This document shows, piece after piece, positions 1 through 12,309 of a stretch of 64,000 nt of DNA (positions within the stretch are counted from its first letter, which is position 1; the number at the start of each line of letters is the position of its first letter). The notes beneath the pieces were generated by a model. That model made no database searches and had not been told where the DNA came from. It saw only the letters and a list, made by a program, of their open reading frames with translations. The stretch lies in NCBI RefSeq assembly GCF_018350175.1, contig NC_058368.1:187118001-187182000 (forward strand), in the 5' to 3' direction. The translations under genes were made by a program, and so were the position numbers. Source of the stretch: Felis catus (taxonomy: Eukaryota).

Positions 1-463
1 GTGCTATGTCTCTTACTTCATGTCTTTATTTTTTCCTTTATGTTCTTAAACATTTATTCCAACCAATGATTTCCACACAAATGCACAGTGAAAACTTCTA
101 ATTCTTTTGGAAAGGAGATTCACATCTATTACATTCAAACACAAACATGGATATGCTAATCAACTCTGAGACTAGAAATTCAACTTTAGCAGCTGTATCC
201 TAATTCTGCTGAAAGTTCTATACTATTTGTCATTTACCTCCTAAACTAAGTGAAAAGTATCATATATGGATATCATCATATCTTTTGGATTTTAATCTGC
301 ACAGATTATTAAAATCGTACAATTTTTAAAAACTTGCGTCTATCCTATGACATTCTGCTGTATGGCAAGCTGTTCAGGAAGAGTGCCAGTTCCGTCTGTG
401 TTCTAAAATGAAGATTAAGCCTCACAATAAGGCCAAGAGCTTACTCGAAATTTAAAAGATGTT

Positions 464-672
464 GGGGCACCTGGGTGGCTCAACCAGTTAAGCAGCCGAC
501 CTAGGCTCAGGTCATGATCTTGCGGTCCGTGAGTTCGAGCCCCGCGTCGGGCTCTGTGCTAACAGCTCAGAGCCTGGAGCCTGTTTCAGATTCTGTGTCT
601 CCCTCTCTCTGACCCTCCCCCGTTCATGCTCTGTCTCTCTCTGTCTCAAAAATAAATAAACTTTAAAAAAAA
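464..672 (+). mobile_element. Carnivore tRNA-derived SINE (SINEC_Fc-like), full length
   Basis: GGGGCACCTGGGTGGCTCA head, B-box-like GAGTTCGAGCCC, CT-rich tract, AATAAA/A tail; TSD AAAAGATGTT at 454-463 and 673-682. Confidence 0.95.
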
Positions 673-888
673 AAAAGATGTTGTCACTTTATGGATATAG
701 ACATAAACGAGACCAGTGTCATAGATAGGCAGGTGAGTTTTCCTAGTTGGATCCTGTTACAACTATCTGTTGTTAATTAAATTTATTTCCAGCATCCCCA
801 GATATTAACAAATGGGTTTCACTGCATATGAAGAACCACCATTTGTAAGTTCTGTAGATATTCTCACATGCAACTACATACAACTCTT

Positions 889-1089
889 TTTTTTTAATTT
901 TTTAACATTTTTTTATTATTGAGAGACAGAGCATGAGCATGGGAGGGGCAGAGAGAGGGGGAGACACAGAATCTGAGGCAAGCTCCAGGCTCTGAGCTGT
1001 CAGCACAGAGCCCCAGGTGGGACTCAAACTCACATACCACGAGATCATGACCTGAGCCGAAGTCCGACGCTTAACCGACTGAGGCAACC
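889..1089 (-). mobile_element. Carnivore SINE, slightly 5'-truncated
   Basis: Reverse complement of SINEC body with poly-T; TSD ACATA(C/T)AACTCTT at 876-888 and 1090-1102. Confidence 0.92.
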
Positions 1090-1296
1090 ACATATAACTC
1101 TTATATAATCCTAGACATACATAGATATTTATGTGCTTTATACAGGTTTTTTGTTTGTTTTTAATCCTGGACTGGCGCCTCCTTAGTGATTAATTTTCTA
1201 GGAACCTCTAGTTAATTTTCTATATAAGCAGAGAGAATTAGGAAGCCCAATTGCTATGTCAGGGCATTTGATATTCTCTAAAGTTGCAACTTTCAA

Positions 1297-1424
1297 AGCC
1301 TCACATCGGGCTTTGTGCTGACTGTGCAGAGGCTGCTTGGGATCTCTCTCTGCCCCTTCCCCATTTGCTCTCACTCTCTCAAAATAAGTAATAAATAAAA
1401 CTTTAAAAAAATAAAAATAAAATA
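1297..1424 (+). mobile_element. 5'-truncated carnivore SINE
   Basis: 3' half of SINEC plus A-rich tail; TSD AAAGTTGCAA(C/T)TTTCAA at 1280-1296 and 1425-1441. Confidence 0.88.
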
Positions 1425-1814
1425 AAAGTTGCAATTTTCAACTTCTAAAATTCTCCCCTAAATCTGATAAATGATGTGCTTAAATTAAATGTTTACAAAA
1501 ATTTGTAGTGTTTCCCATTTACCAATTATACATAAATAGTATATGCTCCTATTTAGAATAAACCAACAATGTCAAATCTATAGTGTATGTGATGATCCAG
1601 TGGGAGGAGTCTTGGGCTAGGTTGTACCTTGCCTGTCACTTTTTTGTGCTTGGACTATTGAGGTAACTTCCTGATTGCTCTGGCTCCAGTATTTTACCTT
1701 GATGATTTATTCTAACTAAAATCAGACATATTTTCCAAGCTAACAAGTGTCCCCATATCACCATCCCAATTAAACATCTCCTATTGGCTCCTTGTTGCTT
1801 CTAGAATTAATAAT

Positions 1815-2070
1815 AATAGTAATAACAATAATTATGAGAGTCAATACTTAATGGATTTACTCTATGCTAGGCATTATTTGATGTACTTTATATAAATTTT
1901 CTCATTTAATTTTCATAATAACTCTGAAAGTTCACATTTGTGGAAACTGAGGTCCAAAGAGGTCAGGTTATTTATCCAAGATGACATAGCTAGTACATGA
2001 TGGAACTAGTACCCAAACTCAGATCTCTCTGACTAAAGTTCATACACTGAGCCATGATCCTATTCTGCTT
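1815..2070 (-). mobile_element. MIR SINE relic
   Basis: GGAAACTGAGGTCCAAAGAGGTCAGGTTATTTATCCAAGATGACATAGCTAGTA is the reverse complement of the MIR core. Confidence 0.75.
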
Positions 2071-2962
2071 CCTCATACTAATAAAACACTCTTCTTGGCC
2101 AGTCTCTTTCATAAAATGGGAACCCTTCATTTGTTCTGCTAAACCTCTTGTTACTTTTTAATACACACCTTCTTCAGCCCAGTTTTCATTTCATTATCTT
2201 AAAGTCATATTCTATCTTCCAGTTCTTTGGTTTTCCATTTCTCCCAATTTTTCCACTTTGGCTCTTCCTTCTCACCTTTGTTTTGCATCCATTCTCTGCT
2301 TCCTTAGTCATTCAGTGAACAGGTTGTTAGTATTATGTACCTGCTGATTGGTCATTATCACTGTCTCCCATAAACTCACATACTAGAGGGGTCATCAGAT
2401 ATGGAGGGTACATCAATTGCACCAGAAGCAGCTGAAAAGGATGAAAATGACTCTATCGCATTGCCTAGTACTCAAAAAAGTATTAATAAAGAATCAGAGT
2501 CCTAATCACTTTATTAAACCCCATCTCATATCTTCAGGGATAAAAAATCTTATTTTTCCCAGGTAAATTATAAGCTCCTTAAGCATAAAATAAAACCCTG
2601 TGTTTCATTTGCATCACTTCCACTCATACCTAGATACAGGTTTTATGTCCTGCCCCGTTTGTAAGGATTTTCTTTGTGACGTGTGTATTAAATAATATGA
2701 ATGTCTATATCTGCAAGTATATTTCCAAATATATAGAAGGTTATTGTGCTGAAAGGTAAAGTGCACTGGCATAGAAACCAGGAATTTAAGGATCAAGACT
2801 AAAAGCCACTTGAAAGATCTATGCCATCTGATAAATATCCTCTCTGAGGATAGAAGTGATGGGTTTTGCCTTACTAACTCCATAGAATTATTATGTTAAG
2901 CTAATTAGTGACATGGAAGTCTTTGTAAAGTATATCCTATACCATTGATCTCAAAGTCTCTA

Positions 2963-3358
2963 TGTATTAGAGTTCAATTGGAGAAACTACACCAATAGGA
3001 GATACATATTAAGAGATTTACTCCAGAGGGTTGGCTTCCATGATTGTTGGGCTGGGTAGGCAAGTGTGACATTCATAGGACAGACTATCAGTCAGTCCAG
3101 CTGGAATTCTCAAGCATAGGCTGAAGCTGCTATCTGTAGATGGAATTTCTTCTTCAGAGTAGAGACAACATTTTTTCTAAGGCCTTTCAACTGATCAAAT
3201 GAGACCCACCCAGGTTATCTAGGATAGGCTCTTCTATTTAAAATCAACTGATTATGGACTTTAATTATGTCTACAAAATCTCTTAGCAATACCTAGACTA
3301 GTGTTTGATTGACTAGGGATTGTAGTCTTGCATATAGACACATAAAACTAACATCACA
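2963..3358 (-). mobile_element. ERVL solo LTR, MLT2-like
   Basis: Begins TGTATTAG...GAGAAAC..ACCAATAGGAGATA and ends ...AAACTAACATCACA, the reverse-complement termini of MLT2 LTRs. Confidence 0.7.
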
Positions 3359-3524
3359 GTCCCCCAAATTCCAACTAGTCTTCCTTTTCCAACTAGGTAG
3401 GAGGCTGGATTATTCTTCATAGCAAGACAGATCAAATGCATAAGCAGGTATGAGAATTTAATTGTCTTCTATTCATACATTAAACAGATTTAAAATTTTT
3501 TCTCACTAATTTTTTTGTTTTAGA

Positions 3525-3917
3525 GAATAGTTATTTTTTGGAAAAATTTATGTTAACATGTAATGAATATATTATTTTTAAAGAAATGTATAACTTTTTA
3601 ATTTCTGATTTAAGTTTCTAATAATATATAGATTATTATAGATATTATAATATCTATAATAATAGATTATTATATATATTATATATTATATATTATATAT
3701 AATTATATATATTATATATATTATTATATATTTATATTATATTATATATATTGTATATATATAATAATCTATTATTATAGATATTAAAGATAGATATTAT
3801 TATAGATATTTCTAATAAATATAGATTAGTTCAACACACATAAGCAAAAACTCATTGGATTCTAAATAATTTTTAAGAGTGTCAAGGAACCCTAATTCTA
3901 ACGGGTTTGAGAACCAT
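3525..3917. mobile_element. hAT-Charlie family DNA transposon fragment interrupted by an AT-rich expansion
   Basis: End AATAATTTTTAAGAGTGTCAAGG...GTTTGAGAACCA resembles a Charlie terminus (recalled). Confidence 0.5.
3620..3812. repeat. AT-rich low-complexity tract containing a 32-bp perfect inverted repeat
   Basis: Arms 3648-3679 and 3755-3786 are reverse complements; (TA/TTA)n spacer. Confidence 0.9.
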
Positions 3918-4674
3918 AATTCTAAACAAATGGAATTATTATATAACCTTACTCTTATCAATAAAACAAACACCTCAGTATTTATCCTTATATTTATAAT
4001 AAATTTTTGTAAATTATAATAAATCATTGTAAATCTTCTCTTGCACATCATGAAATAGTGTAAAAACTTGGCCTTACTTTATGAATGTAAAAACTAATCT
4101 ATTCCTCCTAATGCATTGATTCAAACAAATTGTTATTCAAAGAATCACAACATCCTTTGTGACCTCCTACTGACTTAATCTAATGCTATAAAATACCTGT
4201 ATGAATTTTGGCTATAAACACTTTCAACATCAATATTCAATACTTTATTCTGAAACTTAGTTTCTGTAGATCCCAGTAAGTTATCCTTGCCATTTCCCTA
4301 CACACCATGGTCAAAATATTTATTCTGGGTTTTTTTTTATTTGTGTTTTATAGAGTAAAAATTATTAAGCTAGCAATGTGTGTAGCCTTGGGACTTGTGG
4401 TGAATCTCTATTCCAGTGGGTAAATATCAAGTTATTCTCCACCATTTAGTCACCTTTTGATTAGCCCCGCCCCCCCCCAAAAAAAATTGGAGGAGAGAAA
4501 GTCCTGGAAAAGCCAAAATTGTGTTTTTTGGGGAAAAAATGGCCAAAAGATGGTGCAGGATTCATTGGATGAAAATTTATCCAGGAAGAGCTGCATAACA
4601 CATTCCAAAAAGTTTGTTATATAATGTTACCCTGAAGAGTGAAGTAAAAGGAGTATAAATATAATCTTTTAAGA

Positions 4675-4982
4675 CAGAAGTTGCAAACTAAGATTGCTGC
4701 CAGAATACAGCAGGTAACACAACCTACTGAAGCTGTTCATATGAGGAATGGGGATATTCGTGCCCTGTCCAAAATGGCTGGCCATTATTCAGCAATGGCC
4801 AACTCTTGACTAGTGGGAATGTATATCCAGCGTTGTCAGTTCTTTAGCTTCTTCCACAAAAAAAGAATCTACATTATTATGAGGAATGTCCAGTGTTCAA
4901 ATGCTGCTGGCTAATATAAAATTTAGGTCTGCGTAGGCCAAACAAAATACTTCTGTAGATGGCTACCATTCTGTAACATCTG
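4675..4982. mobile_element. hAT-Charlie MITE, MER102-like
   Basis: Termini CAGAAGTTGCAAA... and ...TGTAACATCTG form an imperfect TIR; 8-bp flanks TTTTAAGA/GTTTAGGA. Confidence 0.5.
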
Positions 4983-5362
4983 GTTTAGGAACACCAGATA
5001 TGACATGAATTACTTGGTGTAGAGGACCAAGAATATACCCTTCCCTAAGGTAGTCTTTTTTTTCCACCCGAGCCTGTCCCTACCCCCTTAACATTACTTA
5101 ATATAAAGGCTTTTCATCATTATTTTGTCTTTGTTTTCTAAAATTACTTCAGAAATAAAATTAATTGGTAGAGGCCCAGACTGAGACTTCACACTCCTTC
5201 AAATCGCTCATCTTTAAAAGGTTGTTTAACATCTGGGAAAAGAACCAAGCTCAGGTGGGGGAAGAGGTAGACAAGACTCCCCAAACTCAATTTGTTCACT
5301 CAATAAATCAGTCCTGCCATTATCTTAATGCATTGCCTTGAGAATTCAGAAAACCTCTAAGA

Positions 5363-5572
5363 CAAGATTTCTTAACCTCAGCAAAACTGACATTTTGGGA
5401 CAAATAATTCTTTGTTGTAGGAGGCTATCCTGTGCAATGTAGAATGTTTAGCGGCATCCCTGGGGTCTATCTACCAGAGGCCAGTAGTGCCCCCAAGCAA
5501 TTTGGCAAAAATGTTTCCAGATATTGCCAAATGCCTCCAAGAAACACCAGCAGCCCTTGTTGAGGACCACTG
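5363..5572 (-). mobile_element. MER20 (hAT-Charlie MITE)
   Basis: ATAATTCTTTGTTGT...GAATGTTTAGCGGCATCCCTGG...CAGATATTGCCAAATG...TTGAGGACCACTG matches MER20 reverse complement; flanks CTCTAAGA/GTCTAGAA fit the hAT target NTCTAGAN. Confidence 0.85.
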
Positions 5573-6072
5573 GTCTAGAAGTATTCATGCATGCCCCTTG
5601 GGGATCTCTCATCTTTTCTCAGCCTGCTTTCCCTGTACTCTGAGTTCTGGTTAATGAAATGTTTGATCATGTTACATTTGCAGACATGTTTGATGCCCTG
5701 GACAACTGTGCTGCTGTCCATCCCTTTGCTTCAGTCCTGAAAGAACTAGTTTTATGGCTAATGTCTCATGTTACCAATTCCTCCTCATGTTTTTACTTGC
5801 TTAAAACTTCTTCCAACTCTTATTAATCTCATAGCAATGTTTACAGCTGGTTAGCCGCTTAAAATGTTTTAAGCTACTTTATGTTGCAAATGCTTAAAAC
5901 GTTATTTTGCTTATTCATTTAGTCTAGACTCTTGCCTTTCTTATGACTAAAGTCAATGCTTATCTAATGTCTTAATTTATCAAAGTAACCATAAGATTTT
6001 TCCTTATGACTTTTTCTATTTCATTTGGTTTGAAGAATTTGATAACCCTGGGTTGGGTTGGGTTGGGTTGGT

Positions 6073-6242
6073 TTTGAAACAGCGCAGGGCAGAGGGAAAT
6101 GGGGGAGAATCTTAAGCTCCATGCCCATCCTGAGAAAGTCATGGAAAAGCCCCCAATGTGGGGCTTGATCTCACGACTATGAGATCATGACCTGAGCTGA
6201 AATCAACAGTTGGCTTAACCAACTGAGCCACCCAGGTACCCC
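6073..6242 (-). mobile_element. Older carnivore SINE; (GGGTT)n at 6050-6072 sits at its tail
   Basis: GAGATCATGACCTGAGCTGAAATC...CTGAGCCACCCAGGTACCCC. Confidence 0.85.
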
Positions 6243-6994
6243 AGTAGTCTTGTTTTTTTTATTATTATTAAAATAGTTATATCAATTTACTAAGGTTGCT
6301 GAGGAATTTAAATGAGTTATTATGTAGAGTGCTTAATAGAGTGTTCAGCATAAATTGGTCAATAACAGTTATAACAATTACTAGTAAAATTTTCACAGCT
6401 TGTAGTAAATAACTGGTCTTGAGTTTATAAAATTCATTCTAGTCATATGGTACTGGTGATGTGAGATGGGACAAAAAAAACCCTCTGTCAACAGTTACTT
6501 CTTTAATTGGCAAGTTTGGGCAACAACAGGCTAAACATGACAAACTGTCTAAAAATCATAAATGAAAAGCATGATACAATCAATGAGAAATGCAAATATA
6601 TATAAAATGCTGAATTTGCTTAAGTGTAGAGAAGCTGACTGCTGGAAAGGGGAATTATATAAAGGTCTGCGATGTGTCATCCTTTAACGTGATTTATTAG
6701 AGAATTCTAGCAGCCAGGCAAAAGAAACATGGCCTAACCAAAACAGAACATAGCATCTTTTATCTATTATTTGTTATTAGGGTTCTAATTAGCCAGAAAG
6801 TGGCATTTAATTCCAACTTCATGATATAAATAACTTGCCACATGCCTGTTAGTATTTAAATTTCTAAGCAGCTTAGAAAGTAAGCCTATGCTTTGAGCAC
6901 TGTGTATTTATTAGCATGACTCTCTCATCTCAAAATGGTATGTCTCTCTCCCCCTTTTGTCCCCCACCCCCACCTCTCTCTCTCTCTCTCAGAA

Positions 6995-7170
6995 GAAAGA
7001 GCACTGGTTGTAGAAGTAAGGAGATATGGTTTTTAGTTCCGTCTCTGCCACTAATTTCCTGTGTGGCCTTAGGCACATTTAACTTCTCTAAACTTCAGTG
7101 TCCTTACCCACAGCACGAGGAAGCAGCACTAAACGACTTCTAATTACCTTCTGGTGCTAACACTTTGTGA
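6995..7170 (+). mobile_element. MIR/MIR3 relic
   Basis: TCTCTGCCACTAATTTCCTGTGTGGCCTTAGGCAC..TTAACTTCTCT...CTTCAGT MIR core. Confidence 0.65.
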
Positions 7171-9706
7171 TTAACCAAATCTGTGATTCTAGGTCACACT
7201 TGTGACGAGAAACCATGAGACTCTAAGAGGAAAGAAAGAGGGCTTGCAAAGCATTCTTTTCTTTCAGCAGATGGAAAACTGTGGAATGCCAAGTGCCTTT
7301 TAAAAAGTTCTAGACTATCTAAAGTGTTAGGCAAATTTCATGTTCTTAAAAATTCCCAACTTGTATCTTACAGTTGCAGCTATTCTGATTTTAGATGTGT
7401 GGGTGTTTCATTCCTTCTTAAATGTTTTTATGTCCACGTTTCTTCTTAGTAGTCTGATAGAATCCAACAGTACACATAAGTTCACAATTACCCTAGCAAC
7501 CAAACAAGATCCTATGGAAAGATATTCATGAAGTTAGACATTATCTTCACTTTTTCTCACCTCGTCCAATTCCCAAGCTTGGTAATATTCCCCTTTTGCT
7601 ATCTTCAGAATAGGCTTGTTGCTGGCTCTAGTTTCTTTTTTGTTTATGGACTCACCCATAACTATCCATAAATATAGCAACTGGTTTGTGACATTTACCC
7701 CAATTAGTAGAATTATAGGCAACTCAGTAAAAAAGATTATACATGAAAATTTCCTTTAGGGTATGAATTGGCACTCTCACAAGCCCATAAATAAGTCTGA
7801 TTTTCTGAATATCTGAAGCATTCACATAATCTATAAGTATAATATATTGGTCCCACTTTCCTTATTTTGTATAATCAAATAGTAATCAATAAGAACTAGA
7901 CCACTGTGAAACGAGACTTCTGAGGCTTTGAGGGTGAATTCATCACCAGCATGCATATAAAAGTCAATGCAGAGAGTCTTTTGTTTAAGTGCCCTTGAAA
8001 CCCAGCAACTGAATTATGTTTCCTGGCCCCCAAGGAGAACTACAAGGTTATAATTGTCTCACACTTAATTACATGCATTGCAAAAGGTAAATGGACAAAG
8101 TCATTCTTGTAACAGGTATAGAGAATAAGATCGCTTATGAATTTTTATATTGCTGGCTCATTGATTCGCAGAAAGTAGAAATTTATGCAAGACCCATGTC
8201 TAACAGTGATGGTGCTGTGTAAATGCGCAGCCGAGCCAAGAACACTGCCTTCACTGTTCTGGGACTAGGGCCCACACTCACAGTCCTGCTATTCTCTCTC
8301 CCTCGTGGCCCTTGTGATGTGGCTTATTTTTCCCACTTCCTTTACGGGCCACAGTTGTTTCTTGCCAGGCCATCTTCTTGGAGTTTAACACCAAGAGAGT
8401 GTTAGCTTAAAACTTTGTCTTGATGCCATCTGATAAAATCAGAGAAATGAAAGATGCCACAGGAAAGATAAATGATATTTTAGCCAAGCCGTACAAGAGA
8501 AATAGTGCCACTTTCAAGTTCTGTTTTCCATAGCTTCTAATGGAGCCTGCTCAAGAGGGAAGCCAGCTTTGCCGGGGTAAGTACAAGCCACCTGGCCCTT
8601 CCCTTATTATGGGGAAATGATTGCCTCCTATAATCACTAATCCTAAATTTTGAATCAGGCCCAGGAAATACCTACTTTTCTTCATGCTGCATTTAAAATG
8701 TCATTTGGCTTACTGGGTACAAGATCCACATTCCTTTTGTCACAGAATGTTGCGTTTTTCTTTCATTGATTTCATTAGGATAAGCTGATGGCAAATGCTT
8801 CTTCCTTATGCAAGAGGTTGCTGCCTGAATGTACCTGCATACGTTTTATGATACATAATATATTTTGCATTCATCCCGTGCAGCCTTGAGGAAGCAGAGT
8901 TAGTGTTGTGTTCTCAAAGCAGAAAGAAACTACAGCTTTGAAGAAGAGCATGAGATTATTACATGCCTTTCTAATTTCATTTTGATAAACTCCGAAGCTG
9001 GCTCATTTCAGTGGGTTGGAATTTTGGTTCTACTTTGAGTTCAAAGGAGAAAACTCATGCTTAAGGAAAAATATTTTCACTCCCTGAGTATTAACTACTC
9101 AAGCCAGAAAAAAAGCCCCATGCATGCAGTCTGTGATGAGCACCTTCGGTATAATCCTACTGTGGCATGGTGTAAAACATCTCCCACCACAGATGAAAAG
9201 TAAATAATTTTTAATCACTCTGAGCAGCTAGTTGGTTAGCCTGCAGAAGTTCATATGCCTGGTGGAATTCATTTGTCTTCTTAAATTGCTACACAACTCT
9301 GGTCAAGATAGCTAAAGGGGAATTGAAATTCTGGGGAAGAACTGGACCTCCAATAGCCAATCTGCACTCTGTTCTGCTCATCTCCCATAATCCTTTCTCT
9401 GTTTCCAGATCTTGCAAACATATAGTCAACAGTGCTAGGAGTTTATTCCATTAACAGATGCACTATTCTGTTAAGCCATTAATCAAGCAAATCACAGATG
9501 TTGTTTTCTTTCTAGATGTTACTATAATTACGGCTAATAACACTTACTGAATTTGTCATTTCATTGCCATTGATGACTTTTTAAAATTTGATCTGATAGT
9601 TCATTTCTTAAATTCTATTTTTATGGATTTCGGTTGTATTTCTACAATGAAGAGTTCAATATCTCTCCTCCAATTGTCACCACGTATTTCCCAAAGAATA
9701 TATCAG

Positions 9707-9890
9707 GGGGGCTCCTGGGTAGCTCAGTCAGTGAAGCACCTGACTTTGACTTGGGTCATGATTTCAGGGTTCATGAGTTTAAGCCCTGCATTGGGCTCTC
9801 TGCCATCGGTATAGAACCCACTTTGGGTCCTCTGTCCCCCTCTCTCTCTCCCTCCCTCCCTCTTGCCCTCCCTCCCAAACATTAAAAAAT
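9707..9890 (+). mobile_element. Carnivore SINE (diverged)
   Basis: GGGGCTCCTGGGTAGCTCAGTCAGTGAAGC head, CT tract, A tail; TSD AATATA(T/G)CAGG. Confidence 0.88.
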
Positions 9891-10350
9891 AATATAGCAG
9901 GATAATCTCACATATGGGTAGATAAATAGGCTCTTGAGAGACTGAAGGTTGAAAACCACATGCTGAGTTTGCAGTCAAACCATAGTCTCCTTATATTGAA
10001 AGATGGGCATTATCATTTTGAGGCATATGGTGCTAATAAATACAGTTGAAGGAATCTGCCATTCTCAAAGGCAGAGCCAGCCAGGAAGGGAGCTTAGCCC
10101 AGCTGCCTGGTATACAGATGGTGAAACCACGACCTGAGAGGAATGAAGTCTCAGTTACTGAGACAAAGTAATGACCAGAATCCAAGGCTCATGGCTCCCA
10201 ATCCATTGTTCTCTCTTCTACCACACTGGTTCTCCTAATGGCCCTTGCCATATCAGGAGGGAATAAAAATCTCCTTCCTGTTGAGATTTCTGAGATTCAT
10301 TCTATCCACTTACCCATTCTTCTAAATGCAAAATTTAGCCAGACATTCTT

Positions 10351-10491
10351 TTTTTTTTTTTAATTTTTTTTCAACGTTTTTATTTATTTTGGGGACAGAG
10401 AGAGACAGAGCATTAACGGGGGAGGGGCAGAGAGAGAGGGAGACACAGAATCGGAAACAGGCTCCAGGCTCCCAGCCATCAGCCCAGAGCC
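10351..10491 (-). mobile_element. Young 5'-truncated feline SINE
   Basis: Perfect 15-bp TSD TAGCCAGACATTCTT at 10336-10350 and 10492-10506; tail typical of the young subfamily. Confidence 0.93.
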
Positions 10492-10955
10492 TAGCCAGAC
10501 ATTCTTAAATCCTGATTTGAACCCATTGAGCTCTGTCTTCATTGCTGATTAAATAGCACTGATTTCTCCTGTTCTAGTGACATCATTTTAAAATTTCTTT
10601 CTGAAAAATTTAAGCTTATGGAGTGTTTTCTCCTTCTTATCTTTTAGGTCCATATAAAATATGCTTCTATGAAGAGATTGATAGTTGGGTAGTAACAATA
10701 GCAGTGGTGTGGCTTAGAAAAGAAATAGGCATTGGAATTGAACTTGAAATTGAATCTCTGATCTACTTCTTAGTAATTGATCTCAGACAAGTTAAATTTC
10801 CACATCCTAACACTGAAAAAGGAAATGTTTCTGTGTAATCACCTGGTACATACAATGACATGTATAGAAGGCCCTTAACAATTATTATTACTGTAACTGG
10901 AACCATATCAGAAAATGTTAACTGTAATGGCATTTTTTTTCCTGTAGGGGAAGAA

Positions 10956-11250
10956 TGTGTGTGTGTGTATATATATATATGTGTATATATATATCTATAT
11001 ATATACACATATATATACATATATATATACATATATATACACACATATATATATACATATATACATATATATACATATATATACACATATATATATACAT
11101 ATATATACATATATACATATATATACATATATACATATATACATATATACATATATATACATATATATACACTATATATATATACATACACATATATATA
11201 TACACACACACATACATATATATATATACACACACATACATATATATGTA
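10956..11250. repeat. Compound (TG)n/(TA)n/(TACA)n/(CA)n microsatellite, ~295 bp
   Basis: Directly visible; nearly uninterrupted purine-pyrimidine alternation. Confidence 0.97.
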
Positions 11251-11419
11251 TTTAAGAGTGTCATGGCATTTTTTAAATGTTCTTTAATGTTAGAGGAAAG
11301 AAAGAGAGTCTCATTTTCTGTTTTTGGTATTAATGACCACCAGCTGCTGCCACCAATGCAGAGAGCCTTGCAGGTAGTTAGCAGCCTATGAATAAGCTAT
11401 ATTACCGATGAGAAGGTAC

Positions 11420-11596
11420 ATTTTTGAGAGAAAGAGAGCACACACATATGTGGGAGGGCAGAGAAACAGAGAATAGCAGGCTCAATACTGTCAGCAAGGA
11501 GCCCGATGTGGGACTTGGTCTCATGAACTGTGAGATCATGACCTGAGCTGATACCAAGAGTCTGAGGCTTAACCAACTAAGCTACCCAGGTGCCTC
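11420..11596 (-). mobile_element. Carnivore SINE (diverged)
   Basis: GAGATCATGACCTGAGCTGA...CTTAACCAACTAAGCTACCCAGGTGCCTC. Confidence 0.85.
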
Positions 11597-11839
11597 AAGA
11601 AGGAGACACCTCTCATCCAAGGTTGTTGCAGGCGGCTCTGTTGTGGTGTAGTATCAATCTTAAGTCACTAGATTGAAGAAACAACACAGGACCCCAAGAA
11701 TACATTGAGTGTTTGTCTCTTCTGCTTCTTGAAATAAAAATCCCAAATCTCTGCAATCACCAGCAAGCTTAATCGTGACATGTTCACACACATGCCACCA
11801 TATGTTATCGAAATCCTCCTCCTCAAGTGTGACCCAGAG

Positions 11840-12022
11840 CACTGGTTCTGGAAATGTGGTTCCTGGGCCAGCTGCATCAGCTTTACTTAGGAACTTGTTA
11901 GAAATGCAAATTCTTGGGCTTAACTGTAGACATGCTGAGTCATACCCTGGGGAAGATTAAAAAAATCTGTTTTTAACAAACTTCCAGGTGATTCTGATGC
12001 TTACTAGAGTTTAGAAAATTAT
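11840..12022 (+). mobile_element. MER5A (hAT-Charlie MITE)
   Basis: GAACTTGTTAGAAATGCAAATTCT and TTTTAACAA..TCCAGGTGATTCTGATGC are hallmark MER5A motifs. Confidence 0.85.
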
Positions 12023-12309
12023 AACCTGGAGAATTTGCCCATGTGCTGCAGTGTTTCATGTGACAAGGAGGTACCAGGGCAGGACTCAGAATGATCCAAC
12101 ATCGGACAATGATGACTTCCCATGTGGCAACTAACAGCCGAATCACATCGTGAAAGTTTTCCTGTCTTGATTCTTTGAACTTTTAAGTCTTGGTTTGACG
12201 TTTATAGGCCTCTCATACCCTAACTGCGGCTAATCTTCTTTTCCAACAAAGACAGTAGGATGCAAATCCTGTGCCTTTAGGGAGAGGCAGAGTGTAGCTA
12301 GAATTTAGT

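Noticed and set aside
6050..6071. Interstitial telomeric repeat
   Set aside because: The unit is TTGGG, not vertebrate TTAGGG, with only four copies at a SINE tail
9380..9545. Splice-acceptor-like tracts (TTTCTCTGTTTCCAG, TTTTCTTTCTAG)
   Set aside because: No good downstream donor and no recognisable peptide
10763..11391. Longest ORFs in the window (107-156 aa, Y/I/H/T/M/V-rich, both strands)
   Set aside because: Translations of the (TA/CA)n microsatellite, which lacks stop codons
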